The translations under genes and the position numbers were made by a program. DNA of 64,000 bases. Origin: the human T2T-CHM13v2.0 reference genome, Homo sapiens. Below are positions 38,873 to 51,349 of this stretch, piece by piece. How positions within the stretch are numbered: the first letter of the stretch is position 1; the number at the start of each line of letters is the position of its first letter. The stretch lies in the NCBI RefSeq assembly GCF_009914755.1, contig NC_060941.1, one strand, 5' to 3'. Below the pieces are notes generated by a model. It was not told the origin of the DNA. It saw only the letters and a list, made by a program, of their open reading frames with translations, and searched no databases.

Positions 38873-40118
38873 AAATGAGGAATTTAAGATCTAAAGAAGG
38901 TAAATGGTATGCCCATGGCTACACAGCTAAGGGACATAGTTGAGATAAGAATTAATTAAACACATATTTGATAGTACCTAGTGCCTAGTACCAGTCACTG
39001 TTTTAGACACTGCAGATCGGCAGTGAACAAAATAGATATGATCCCTGCTGTCATAGAACTTACTTTCTAGTTGAAGAAAACAGAAAATAAGACAGGAATA
39101 CCATGTACAGTTAGGTCTCTGATGAAAGTAGATCAGGACAATTCACCAGAGAGCTATTGCGGTGCTGTTGTGTATTGGATGACCAAAATTGTGCTCAGAT
39201 TGCCTAGCTAAACTTGATGGTTTTTACCTTTGCTTTTAGTTTTAGTATCCTAATAGAAAATGTTTAGGAGAATGTTTAATAGAAAATGCTTTGGTATTTA
39301 TAATAATTTAAAACTCAGTAGCATGTAGAAGTCAGTAAATCCATGAAAGAGAATCTTTCGTAATTCAGAGAAGAAGTAAATATCTTACTCCAGATCACTG
39401 TCCTTAACTGTTTCTTCTCATTTGTGGTATCTCGTAGTAGCAGAATGGACAGACAGCCCAACCTGTAATATTTACCATTATACCCCAGCACATAGAAGAA
39501 GACCAAACTTTTAGAAGGGACTCAGCAAAGATTTGGTGAATGAGTAATTGAGCATTCAGAAGCTGTCTCTGCACTTGTAGGGCAAGCATTTTGTACTAGT
39601 GATAGAAAAGCAGGAATTGTAGAGTCACAGACCCAGGGTTGACTTCTGGCGCTCTCATTTACTGTGACTTTGAGCCTTGTTGCATAGCCTGTTTCTGCAT
39701 CTCAGCTTCCTCACTAGTAAAATGGAGTCGTAGTTTCTGCTTCCAAGAGTGTTTGTGAATATTATATAACTGGCTGTAGTGTTTGAATAAAATACTAAGA
39801 AACTTTATTCTTTGTTAGAAATAGTAAATGTGGTACTCTTGAATTACTTTAGGTGGCACTCTGACATTTAAATTAGATATTTTTTATCCATGTGGAAGAA
39901 ATTTTAAACATGAGTTTTGCAGTCATTTTGTAAACACTGATCGTAAGTGCTAATTCCCTTTTCTTCATTGGCTGTGAGTAGTTTGTTTGAGGAGCAGATT
40001 GGAGAGGAGTATATAAGATAAACTGGTTTTCTGCATTTGAAAAACATTGGTGATGATCTGAGGATCAAACTATTATATTATGAAGTGATTTTTCTCCCCT
40101 TACCTCTTTTCTACATAG

Positions 40119-40226
40119 CTTGTCTTTAGCTTCAATGAAAAGCTTTTTGGCTTACTGGTGAAGGACATTGAAGCCATGGATCCTAGCATCCTGAAGGGAG
40201 AGCCTGCGACAGGGAAAAGGCAGAAG
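40119..40226 (+). CDS. NSF: NSF coding exon 6 (108 bp; [36 protein letters not shown])
   Basis: acatag|CTTGTC...CAGAAG|gtagct; phase 0-0. Confidence 0.96.
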
Positions 40227-40707
40227 GTAGCTTTTATTTCTGATCATCTTTACTAGATCATCTTTATAATGTAATTTGTGCAGATTGATTATAATTTTCC
40301 TATCTGTTGCTTAGTGATTTTTTTCATATTGTGTACCCTTTTAAGATAGTAGGGAGAAAAAATTGCTTTCATAGCCATCATTGTTATTAAAATATAGCTT
40401 AAAATGTATTTATTTGCAGACCTAATATTAATGTAAAATGTAGACATATATGTACATATAATTTGCTTGAATGCAGATATTTATTGTAAATAAATAATAA
40501 GAAACGCATTATTGGAAAGATATAGGCATGGAAATAAGGCATGTAAGAATTGTAGAAGAAAGTTATGAGAAAAGTAAAAGTAGCTCAGATGATAGTCTGG
40601 AAGGTTTGCTTTGCCCAGAGAGACCTCATTTCCCCCTCACTTTTGGCCTTGCTTTGAGAAGTCCAGAAGTTTGCTATTAGACTACTAATTATTGTCTTTC
40701 TCTACAG

Positions 40708-40783
40708 ATTGAAGTAGGACTGGTTGTTGGAAACAGTCAAGTTGCATTTGAAAAAGCAGAAAATTCGTCACTTAATCTTATTG
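40708..40783 (+). CDS. NSF: NSF coding exon 7 (76 bp; [25 protein letters not shown][G])
   Basis: ctacag|ATTGAA...ATTG|gtaaga; in phase. Confidence 0.96.
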
Positions 40784-42133
40784 GTAAGATTTACAGTTTT
40801 TAGAAGATTTGAAATGAAGTGGGCCTATTTCTATATGTAACTCAACTACAGTGATTTCCAAATGGGGAAAGGAAAGAGGGGCATCTCTCTTGAGAGAGTT
40901 TATCACAGAAGCATGGGGTATTTCCTGTTGGTCAGTTTGCTGATGAAAACGTTTAAAACCTTCATCTGGATCAACTTTGTCCAATAGAAATAGAGTGTGA
41001 GCCACATGTGTAATTTTTAATTTCCTAGAAATTGCACTAAAATAAGAAACAAATTAATTTTTTAACTTTTAATTTTGAGATAATTTTAGGTTCACAGATT
41101 TGCAGAAATAGCTCAGAGAATTTCTGTATGCCCTTTACCAGCTTACCCTGATGTTAATGTCTTATTTGACATTTTCAAAAGTACAATGATAAGAAATGAA
41201 CATGGTTTCATTTCTGCTAACTAAACTACAGATTTTATTGAGATTTCACCAGTTTTTCCATTGTGTCCTTTTCTGTTCCAAGATCTAATTTAGGATCCCA
41301 TATTGCATTTAGTTGTTCTGTCTTTTGAGTTTTCTTCAGTCACTGACAGTTCCTCAGACTTTGTCTTTTATGACTTTGAGAACTGGTCAGTTATTTTGTA
41401 GAATGCCCCTCACTTGGTTTTGTGTTAAATGAGATAGCATCATCATTTCTTTTAGTGATTAAGTGATGAATGTGCAGGTCAAGTCTTCCCAGCAGATTCA
41501 TGGTTCAGTCCTACTCTTGTACTCTAGCACAATTTTTGTCATATTAAAACAATTGCAGCTTATTCTCTGAGAATAGTAACTCACCAGAATAATGTGACAT
41601 TAACTGGGCATTAATTCTTATTTTTGGTTGATTTAACTATGTTGATGTCTACCCTACTAGAGAGTAGAGGGTTTTCATTGGTTGCACATCATCATGTCCA
41701 GGGTCACTTAACAGTCTTTGAGTGCGTGGCCTTTATTTCCTGGTCCACAAATTACCATTCCCCCTTATTGTTTTTTGTTAATTATAAAATATTTTATTTA
41801 TAAAATATGGATAGGCATTCGAAAACAATTCACACACTGTAAAATTTGGTTCTGTTTTCATAGTTTTGTAATTTGCTTTTTTTGCTTAGCATGTTTCAAA
41901 CATCTTAAATATACACCTATAACATGATTTTTAATGCCTGTATGTCATTTTATGAAGGTAGGATGTATTTTCCTGTTATTGATCTAGTACATTTATGAAG
42001 TGATTTCTTTGTATTTTATTTTTGTGTACCTTTTGTTAAGATATCCCAAGGGAGTTGCATAACTTTCATAGGTATTTCTAAGTAATCCATGGGAAAAAAA
42101 TTGTGTAGTTAATTGGCATTCAGTAAATTTTGC

Positions 42134-42147
42134 CCACAAGAGGGCAG
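42134..42147 (+). promoter_or_regulatory. Candidate CTCF motif CCACAAGAGGGCAG
   Basis: Matches the CCACNAGRKGGCRS core. Confidence 0.55.
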
Positions 42148-43168
42148 TAGAGTGTAAGAAAAAAATATTTTTCATCGCTTTCCAAAGGAAATCTTAAGGC
42201 CTCAAAACTCTAACCATAAAATTATCATCTAGTATAAACTTTTAAAAAGCGTTACTTTATTTTTAATTGACAGATAATAATTGTATATATTTATAGGGTA
42301 CAATTTGATATTTTAATACATGTATACATTGTAGAATGATCAAATCAGGCTAATTAACATATCACCTCAAATATTTAGCATTTCTTAGGATAAACTTTTT
42401 TTAATGTGACATTTTCTTCCCTGGTTTTATAAAAACCATATTATTACTTTATTTTTTGTTTATAATAGAGCATACTAAGGTACTTAATTTATTCTTTGTT
42501 TGAAATAGTAAATGTGGTTCTCTTGAGTTGCTTTAGGTGGCACTCTGACATTTAAGTTAGATAATTTTTGTCCTCTTGAGAATTTTTAAACATGAGTTTT
42601 GTAATCATTGAAGTCTTTAGGATGATTTCAGACTTTTGTGTCCAAGTGAAGAGAAAGCAAAGAAGACATCAAACTTGTTCAGTATATTTCCTTAGGCTGA
42701 GGGGTTATATGCCCAATTACCTGTATAAGCTTAATCTGGATAAATATATGTATTTTAAAATAAACTTGCGTTAGGAGACTTCAGTGACTGCGAGATTTCA
42801 GTTGCATTTCTGCCAGCTAGTGTTGTCTTCATCAGATATGGCATTTCTTCTGATCAACCGAGTTAGTTAATTTAGTTAGATTGAAGGTTAATAAAACTAA
42901 GTTTTATGGACTGATACAAATAGACTACAGCATAAGTTTAGCTAGTCATTTTGACAGTGTGTTACCATATATGGAGATCAGACAAAGTAGATAGCATAGC
43001 AAAACTTACCCTTCTGACTGTAAAATCAGCTAAGATTATATTGTTCGTTTTGTATATGTAAGGGTAGCTTTTCTTTATTCATTTAGGATGCTCAGGGAGT
43101 TCTGTCTGTCTTTTTAGACTTAGTGATAAAGTCCTTGTTTCACATTTGATAATATTCGTTTGACATAG

Positions 43169-43324
43169 GCAAAGCTAAAACCAAGGAAAATCGCCAATCA
43201 ATTATCAATCCTGACTGGAACTTTGAAAAAATGGGAATAGGAGGTCTAGACAAGGAATTTTCAGATATTTTCCGACGAGCATTTGCTTCCCGAGTATTTC
43301 CTCCAGAGATTGTGGAGCAGATGG
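43169..43324 (+). CDS. NSF: NSF coding exon 8 (156 bp; [51 protein letters not shown][G]), start of D1 AAA domain
   Basis: acatag|GCAAAG...ATGG|gtaagt; conserved [17 protein letters not shown] motif of NSF/Sec18; overlaps ORF 43231..43530. Confidence 0.97.
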
Positions 43325-43541
43325 GTAAGTTTAAAAAGGAAAATGTTATAAAATCTTGTGTTGTTAAAAAAATTAATGCAATGAAGAATCTCTTTTCAAT
43401 AGTTTTGAAATTATTTTTCAGACCCATTATTTTTGTCTTTTTCTTTAAAAATGAACAGATAAATTTTCTGAAAAACTTTATAATACCAGAACTTTTAAAA
43501 TTACATTTTAATTTTATGGGGAAATCATAGAAATAAGACTT

Positions 43542-43704
43542 GTGGTGGCTCCATTTTGTTTATTTATTTATTGAAGAATGCTTTTCTATGGGGCATATTT
43601 AGAAACTTCCCCTGACAGTAATAATACTAGTAGTGACTCCATTTTATTTATTTATTTGCGTAAGAATGTTTTTCTATAGGGCATATTTAGAAAGTTCACC
43701 TGAC
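43542..43704. repeat. Diverged 88-bp-period tandem duplication
   Basis: 43542-43616 aligns to 43630-43704. Confidence 0.88.
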
Positions 43705-46287
43705 TCTAAAGATCACTATGGGTCAGATGTACCCTGCTGAATAATAACTATCTATTAGGCTGTGTGCATTGTTCTGACATTAGCTGCCGTTCCTTTTTAT
43801 TGTACTGTTGCATTACCCAGTTAGTACATCTTCATACCTAATAAATGGGTACTTGCATATTTTTAAATTAAATAAGTTTGATCCAAAAAGACAAATGCAG
43901 GATATACATTGGAGTTTCTATATTGCATACAAAGAAGTGCACTATTCGTTTACCACTTTCTTCTTGAAGGTTTATTTAATTTATCTGTGTGAAGTGACTT
44001 TATTTGCCCAGTGGAAATGCTGTCATGACTGTTTTCATGTCCATATCATTCGTTGGATTGGAATGTGAGCAACAGAATATCTGAGAAAGGAATGTATAAC
44101 ATAACAGCTTCTGGCAGACTATTAGTGTAAAAACAGCATCCAAAAAAAAATGGAAGGAATATGAATATATTACTCCGCTCATCCCCATCATTCTTTATCT
44201 TTAAATTGCTACTGGAAGATAAAAGTATATTTATTATAGTGGGGATAAGAACTGCTTTCTAGGCACTAAGTGCTTGGATTGTATTAGCCTTCTATTGTTG
44301 GTAGCCTTTCTGCCTGGTCGCTCACTCTGATAAATTACAGGCACGGCACACACCTGTTCACTGAGTAAAGGTCGAGTTTGGAATTGGATTAAGAGAAAAT
44401 GACAGAGACCCTCATCACCTGAGTTTTATACACCTTGAAATGGCAATAGCATACTTTTTATCTCAAAGATACAAAGGCCACGTCCATTAAAAGCAGAATT
44501 TTAATTGGGAAAATATTTTAAAATGTGGTAGTTCACTATCTTGGTAATGTGTATTTTCGATCAAGACATGAAAATATTGTTTAAGTGTATTTTGGGTAAA
44601 AGCAGGGATAAAAAGATGATTCCAAATGTTGTAAGTTATTCTTGTGGAATGTTTTTACTGGTTTTCAGAACTGAGATCTAGTGCAGGAAGAGTCTAATGA
44701 TTCTGTTTCTTAGAACATTTATACTGTTTAGCCAAAAAGTAGAAAAATAACTGCATTGGTAGTAAGCCGTCTCTTTTAATTATAAATGTTTTCTCACTGT
44801 TTGGAAGCTATTGAAGATAACAGTTATTCAGATACTAGTTTGCTATTTGTGCATTATCTAGATCCTGCACTTGAAGCTACGCGCAACGTCAGTATGCGTT
44901 GGGTAGATAATGCGTAAAGGAGTTGGTCTCACATTGGTCAGTTTGTGACCTTGCCAGCTGTTGGAGAGTTTTAAATTAAATCAGAACAGATTTGGAATTT
45001 GTTAGTGAATTTCATCTGTTTCTGATATCCGTATTGAAATGAGCTGAATTACAGTAGTGTGCTTTTTGTTGTTTTTGATGTGTTTTTTGACTAAGCACTA
45101 TGGATTTGAATTTTGTGAGTGCCACTGTCCAGAACCTTTTTTATGGATTTATTTTTCTAATATTTTTACACTAATTTAATTAGACAAAAAATGAATTCTA
45201 TCCTTTTGGAAAAGTTTTTTTTTTTTTTCTCTTTATGGCTTTTTGCCATCAGGAAGCATTTGTTACCAATTTCATTGAAAAGACAAACTAGTATAAAGCT
45301 GTCCTGGCTTTTGAGCTGAATTGAAAAACTTATTTTCTTTATTCTGGATGAAGTTTCTGGGTATCTAAAAAAAAGTAAAGCTTCTTCTTTTTTTTTTTTT
45401 TAATGGTTAAATGGCTGAGAAATAATTCTTTTGTAATGCATGTATAATTCCCTGTCTTCCAATAGAGGCTTCTTTTTTCCTTTGAATTTTGGGGGAATTA
45501 TATAGTAAAATCCTTTCTTGCACTCCAATTACAGTGTGGTTATAAAGTTCTCCTTAGGCTTTGGTAAAGGTATATAAATAAAAATGGTTATATTTTGACA
45601 GAATATAAATAAAATTATACAAATTATTTTTATGCATATTCTGTGTTGTTTTTTTTTTTGACATGTCAGGTGGGAACAACATGGATTTTTTTCCCCCACT
45701 CTTTGTTAACTAAATAGACAGATCTATATGGTTTGGGGATTCAGCTGGACACTGAGTATGACTGGTTAAATCAGTTCTAATTTTTAAAAAAGATTAGAAA
45801 AGAATAATTTATGTAGGTTATGGGGCTTTTTTGTTTTAAGCAGAAAACTTTACTTTTGGCTTGAGACCAAATTACTGTCTTTACCATGGAGTCTAAAGTG
45901 ATGTCTACTTCGTAAACAGGAATCTTAACTAAGTGGATTTTTTGCCTATATATCAATTTTCAAATTTACAAAGTGATAAATTTAGAATATTCTTCTCTTC
46001 TGTCATTATGTTCATCAGACTGATAATTATGCTTCTAGGTAACAGAGTTCTTTCTTTTTGTCTATAAAACTTCATGTTGCCTTTTCAAAATTGAAAAATA
46101 TAGTTTAGCTACGAACAGAATGTTGCTGATGAGATATAGGAGGACTAAAGGACTTAACGAGAGGCACACAATTAAGCAGTAAAATTAGGGAACCAATGAG
46201 GTAATATACTTGAAAATAACTGTCATGGAGTTTCCAATCTGTTAGTTTCTCTCTTGAAGGTCTTTCAAATAGGTAGTGTATACCTTA

Positions 46288-46566
46288 GGCCGGGTGCGGT
46301 GGCTCACTCCTGTAATCCCAGCACTTAGGGAAGCCGAGGTGGGCGGATCATGAGGTCAGGAGATCGAGACCATCCTGGCTAACACGGTGAAACCCTGTCT
46401 CTACTAAAAACAGAAAAAATTAGCCGGGCGTGGTCGCGGGCGCTTGTAGTCCCGGCTCCTCGGGAGGCTGAGGCAGGAGGATGTGTGAACCCGGGAGGCG
46501 GAGCTTGCAGTGAGCCGAGATCGCACCACTGCACTCCAGCCTGGGCGACAGAGCGAGACTCCATCT

Positions 46567-46605
<39 letters not shown>
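46288..46605 (+). mobile_element. AluY-like with long poly-A
   Basis: CpG-rich, AluY diagnostics, ~38-nt A tail. Confidence 0.92.
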
Positions 46606-46607
<2 letters not shown>

Positions 46608-47519
46608 AGAAGATAATGTATGCCTTTCTGCTTTTGTACTTTTGTTATATTTTTGTAGAATTAAAATCAAGGAAACCCTTAAAGGAGAAAGGAAGTCACA
46701 TAAAGCTCTCTAGACTGAGGGATAAAGGAAAAGGGATTATTTAGGGGAATATCAATTTAGACTTTTGTTTTTGTTATTGTTTTAATCAGAGTAACTGTTG
46801 AGTTTTCCCCTTGTCTGAAGCAGTTGAGCTCGCCCAAACCCAAGTGGGGCAGCCCTTCCTTGGAAGGATATGAGAGCAACGAGCGAAGAAAACTAAACCT
46901 ATACCTTGCACTTAGTAAATACCAAATAGATATTTAGTTAGAATGCCTTCCAACCCCCCACAAAACAGATTTTTAATTAAGAATTACCTTAAATCCATAA
47001 TTTTATGGGCTAATAGAAGCCACATTTGAGTCCCAGGGTAGAAATGTGAACATCAAAGCTGGTATCTGGAAGTATGGGTGAATAAATTCAACAGCTGATT
47101 GCTGTCTTTCAGCATATTCAGGTGTTAACTGAATAGATACTGAATACTTGTGTTCGGACATTTACCACACTTATTCCCCTGTATGCAGTTTTGTGGACAG
47201 TGTTCAGGATAAATAAATGATTGATTACCTCAGTTCTCACTGTAGCTATTTTGTTAGCAAAGATAGCGTTTCTGCCAAGAAACTTCATTTTTTCAGCATC
47301 CCTGGCAATTCTCTCTAAATTATAAATGTCAAAGCAAAAAAACACATCGTTTTCAATGAACAGTGGAATAATTGTTAAAGAATTAGTCAGCGTCTCTTAA
47401 TGTAATCCTGGGAATAGGTTCACATCTACCCAAGGAAAGATCTAGAAGGAAAAGGATGTAAACAGGGAAGACCTCAGCCTCACACTGTCTTTCAGTGGAT
47501 CTGTGGGGTGTAGATGTTC

Positions 47520-47533
47520 AGGCCACCTAGTGG
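47520..47533 (-). promoter_or_regulatory. Candidate CTCF motif CCACTAGGTGGCCT
   Basis: Reverse complement of aggccacctagtgg; matches the core except the last two bases. Confidence 0.45.
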
Positions 47534-49659
47534 GGAGGAAAGCCACTTGTTATGGTCTTGTGCCCCCATTCTTTGAAACTGACACTGTGTTCTTTTTGGT
47601 CTCCTTTCCCCAGTGTCTCCCTCTGTAAGCCCATTTTCAATCGTATTTTTAAGGTTTCTTTTGAAATTCAAGAGGAAAGCAACTCTTTTCTGATATCATA
47701 AGTGAAATTGTAGTTACTCTATGAAACAGAACTGCTGAGAAGATAAGGAACCTTTCAATCACACAGACATCTTTCACATACTAAAAACAGTGCAAATAAA
47801 ACATAGTGGAAGAAAGGGCACTAAGGTTTTGTGCATGCCATATTTTGGAGAGAGGGAGTTCTTGCTAAGATTAACATAAACACTGACACTCTTAAAATGC
47901 ATTTTCACACCCCCACTCATGAGGAGAGATTGCATTTTAAATGGGGGTTAAGACATCCAGGCGAACTCCAGGGCTCTGTAAAAGGAACCCTAAGGCTAAA
48001 GAGCTTATCTGAAATTTGAAAAAAAGAAAAAAAAATGAAGCCTTCTGACATTCATCTTTTTTTCTTGTATTAGTCATAACTTGCTTTTCAGCTATATTTT
48101 AGGTTTTGAATGCCAACCTGACATCTGTTCAAGTCTGCCTGTAATTTATTAGCAGAGGAAAAGACAGCAGTTGCTCACTAGTTAGAGATGCAAAATTTCT
48201 GCCTTCCTGTTCTCCACTAAGTACTTATAGATGATACCTGGATACGAAGAATGTAATAATTTACTGAAAACTTCAGGTCAGGAAATTTATAAAGATTTTT
48301 TTTTAATTAGAAGAATAAAATGGCTTAAGACCATGTGATTTCAAAAATCTCTAGATCAGGATTTAGAGACAAAACATAGACCCTAAAAAATACTTTAGAT
48401 AACTTTCTATAAATTGTAATTTTTTTAACCTTGAATTAATTTTTCCATTGGTTTTAAATTTTTAAGTTAAATGTATATTTGAACAGCAGTTGTGCTTATA
48501 TCTGAAAGTCAAACTGTATGTAAATTCACCTGGCATTTTGCATTTATAGACAGACTTTAAGAAACAAATCTTTTGGAGAGGTAGTGCTGTCTACAGAGTC
48601 ACCAAATGGATTAGATTTCCTGGCAACTACAGTTGAGTTACTTACAGATCAACAGTTGGGTCACTACAAAGTTGAGATCTAAGTGTTAACCTGAGTGCCC
48701 ACCAGTAAGAAACCGGTTAGAGGCAATCTTAAAATGATATAGCTCCAAATGTAGAGACATGTTTGTGTTAATAAAAAATATATAAAAGCAAATGCATTCT
48801 AAAAATCTCTAAGGACATACATTAAATTGAAAAAAGGTTTATGGCTGAATGTGGTGGCTCACACCTGTAATCCTAGCACTTTGGGAGGCTGAGATGGGAG
48901 GATCACTTGAGCTCAGGAGTTCAAGACCAGTCTGGGCAGCATAGTGAGACCTTGTCTCATTTATTTATTTTTTTAATTTAAAAATTTAATTTAAAAATTA
49001 AAAAAAGTGTTTACTTCCATGGAAGGGAAGCTAAGATGGGGAATAAAGGGAAAGTTTTGTTCTTTTACTCAATTTTACCTTTATGTCTGAATGTTTTATT
49101 GTATTTCTAATGTGTGATTTTAAAAGCCAACAGACAAAAGATAATATCACAGTATGTTTCTTGGGGTGACTCTACCATCAGCATGGAAAGTCAGCAGGAA
49201 ACAGGTACATCCTTCCGCCTTCATGAAGTTTTCTGTGGAGGAGGAGAGTGCAGGGTAAAAGGCCTGGATTCCAAGGGCTTTGCTGGCAGCCCCTTAGAGG
49301 GTAGACAGAACACCTATCCTATTTGGTCAAGAAGAGAAAAAGTTTCTCCATATATAACAAACTGCTTTCCCCCAGAATGTTCTGCATTATAGTAATGGTG
49401 TAAGTAGTCTGCCCTTCAAACATGAGAACATTTGCATCCAGGCCTTTAGGCAGCCAAGGCAGCATTAAAGAAGAAAGAGTGGGAGCAGAGCGAGCTGAGG
49501 GAGAGCAGAGCTTCTGACATTTGAGGAACTGGGCGTGAATTTGTTTTTAGTCTTCAAAAACCATTCTCTTGAGGAATCGAATTCCCATGACTCCTGAAGT
49601 GAAGCGGTTGGTGTTTTCTCCTGCGTTACTCCCATACGTAAGTTGGTGATTATAATGAG

Positions 49660-49892
49660 GGTGGTGGCTAATACTTATATAATGCCAGACGCTGTTCTGT
49701 GTGCTTTATTATTGTGTTTATTAATCCTCACAACAACCTTCAGAAGTAGACACTGTATTGTCTCCATATTATGGAGCAGGAATCTCTGTCTCAAAAAGGT
49801 GAAGTAATGGGTCCAAGACACACAGCTAGTAAGTAGTAGAGTCAGATTTGAACCCAGGCAGTCGAGCCCCAGATTTCATTTCCTTAACCATT
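49660..49892. mobile_element. MIR
   Basis: taatcctcacaacaacc...acacagctagtaagtagtagagtcagatttgaacccaggcagtc. Confidence 0.8.
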
Positions 49893-50805
49893 ACATGTTA
49901 TTCTCCCATGAAAGCCCATCGTGTAAAACCATTTTAATGGGCTTTCTAGCTTCACTTTTTTGGGGACCTTTGAAGCAATCATTGAGGCAGCCTTTGTTCT
50001 AGCCAAGGGCCAACCATGGCACCATTGAGATTTTGAGCTGTATAATTATTTGGTCTGGGGACTGGGTGTCCTTTGCATTGTAAATAACTAACTTTTCTAG
50101 TAATCTGATGTGTTCAAATTGTCATGAGCTCAAGAGACATGAAGATTTGGTGGTAGGCTGTAATACCTAATGCCACTTTTTTCATGTGTTTTTTGTCACG
50201 TGTTGTAGCAGAATACAGGAAGGAAGGAACTGGAATGGGTGTGTCAGAGAAGCTGTCTTAAACTGTCAACCTGGAGAGGAAACATAAATGTTAAAATTAA
50301 ATAATCATTAAAAAATTAAGCAACGTAACAAGTGATATCAAAGGCCAGTATTTGATTAAGTGCCAGATGAGCAGTACAATTGATAAGCCCTACAGGAACT
50401 GAAAGGGAATCACATCGAGAAGACTTCATAGAAGAGGCAGAGCTTGAGTAAGGCCTTAAATGCTGAGCGGTTTTGGATAGGAGGAGGGAAGGGGATAGTT
50501 GTCCATATCCTGGGAAGAGTGACAGACTAAACACGGTATAGACTTCATGACTTAGACCAGTCTAACAGAGCTGTTGTTTGGAAGAAACAGGAAATAGGAT
50601 TAAAAAGTTAGTTTTGGGTTGGGTTGTGGAAATCTGTGAGGAGATGTGGACTCTTTTTAAAGTACTGTCCCTGTTTAAGCTTCCAGACAGACTCAGAACC
50701 TTCCAGACAGACTCAGGTGCTTCTCCTGTGTTTCCCTGCACCTTGTATATACTTAGAATCCAGCTGTGTTCTTAATGTAATTATTCATTTGCATTACACT
50801 CCTAA

Positions 50806-51010
50806 GGCAGAATTTCTTAACCTTGGCACTATTGACATTTTAGGCTGGATAATTCTTAGTTGTAGGGCGCCTGACCTGTGCATCATAGGATGTTAAGCGC
50901 CATCCCTGGCCTCTACTTGATGTCAGTACTTCCCTTCCTCACCACTCCGAGCCCCAGTGACGATTAAAAGAAATGTGATGAAACTGTCCTGTGTTGAGAA
51001 CCATTGCTCA
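50806..51010. mobile_element. MER20-type hAT MITE
   Basis: tttcttaaccttggcactattgacattttaggctggataattctt...gttgagaaccattg. Confidence 0.8.
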
Positions 51011-51349
51011 AAGGCCTTTGAAGGCACAACTGTAATGTCTTCTTATCCATGTATTATCAACATCAGGGGTGTTGGGATGTAGGTTGCAGGTCATTGTTGG
51101 ACCATGAACCACTGTTACCAGTCCACAATAAGACAAATATTGGAAATTAAGAATAAGTAATTACAAATGTTTATAGCAATTTGACATTATCACAATTTTT
51201 TTAAAATTATATTTTACAAAAATGTTGGTCTGCAATGGATTGGAAATTTAAAAGGAAAAAAAATACAGCTGGACCTTAGCATACATAGTTTGAGAAGCAC
51301 TGGCCTATGTAAATATTTGCAAAATGAATGAAATTTTTTGAACAGATGC

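Noticed and set aside
50680-50716. 20-bp-period duplication cttccagacagactcag (similar small ones at ~11219, ~32505, ~40242)
   Set aside because: Ordinary slippage duplications.
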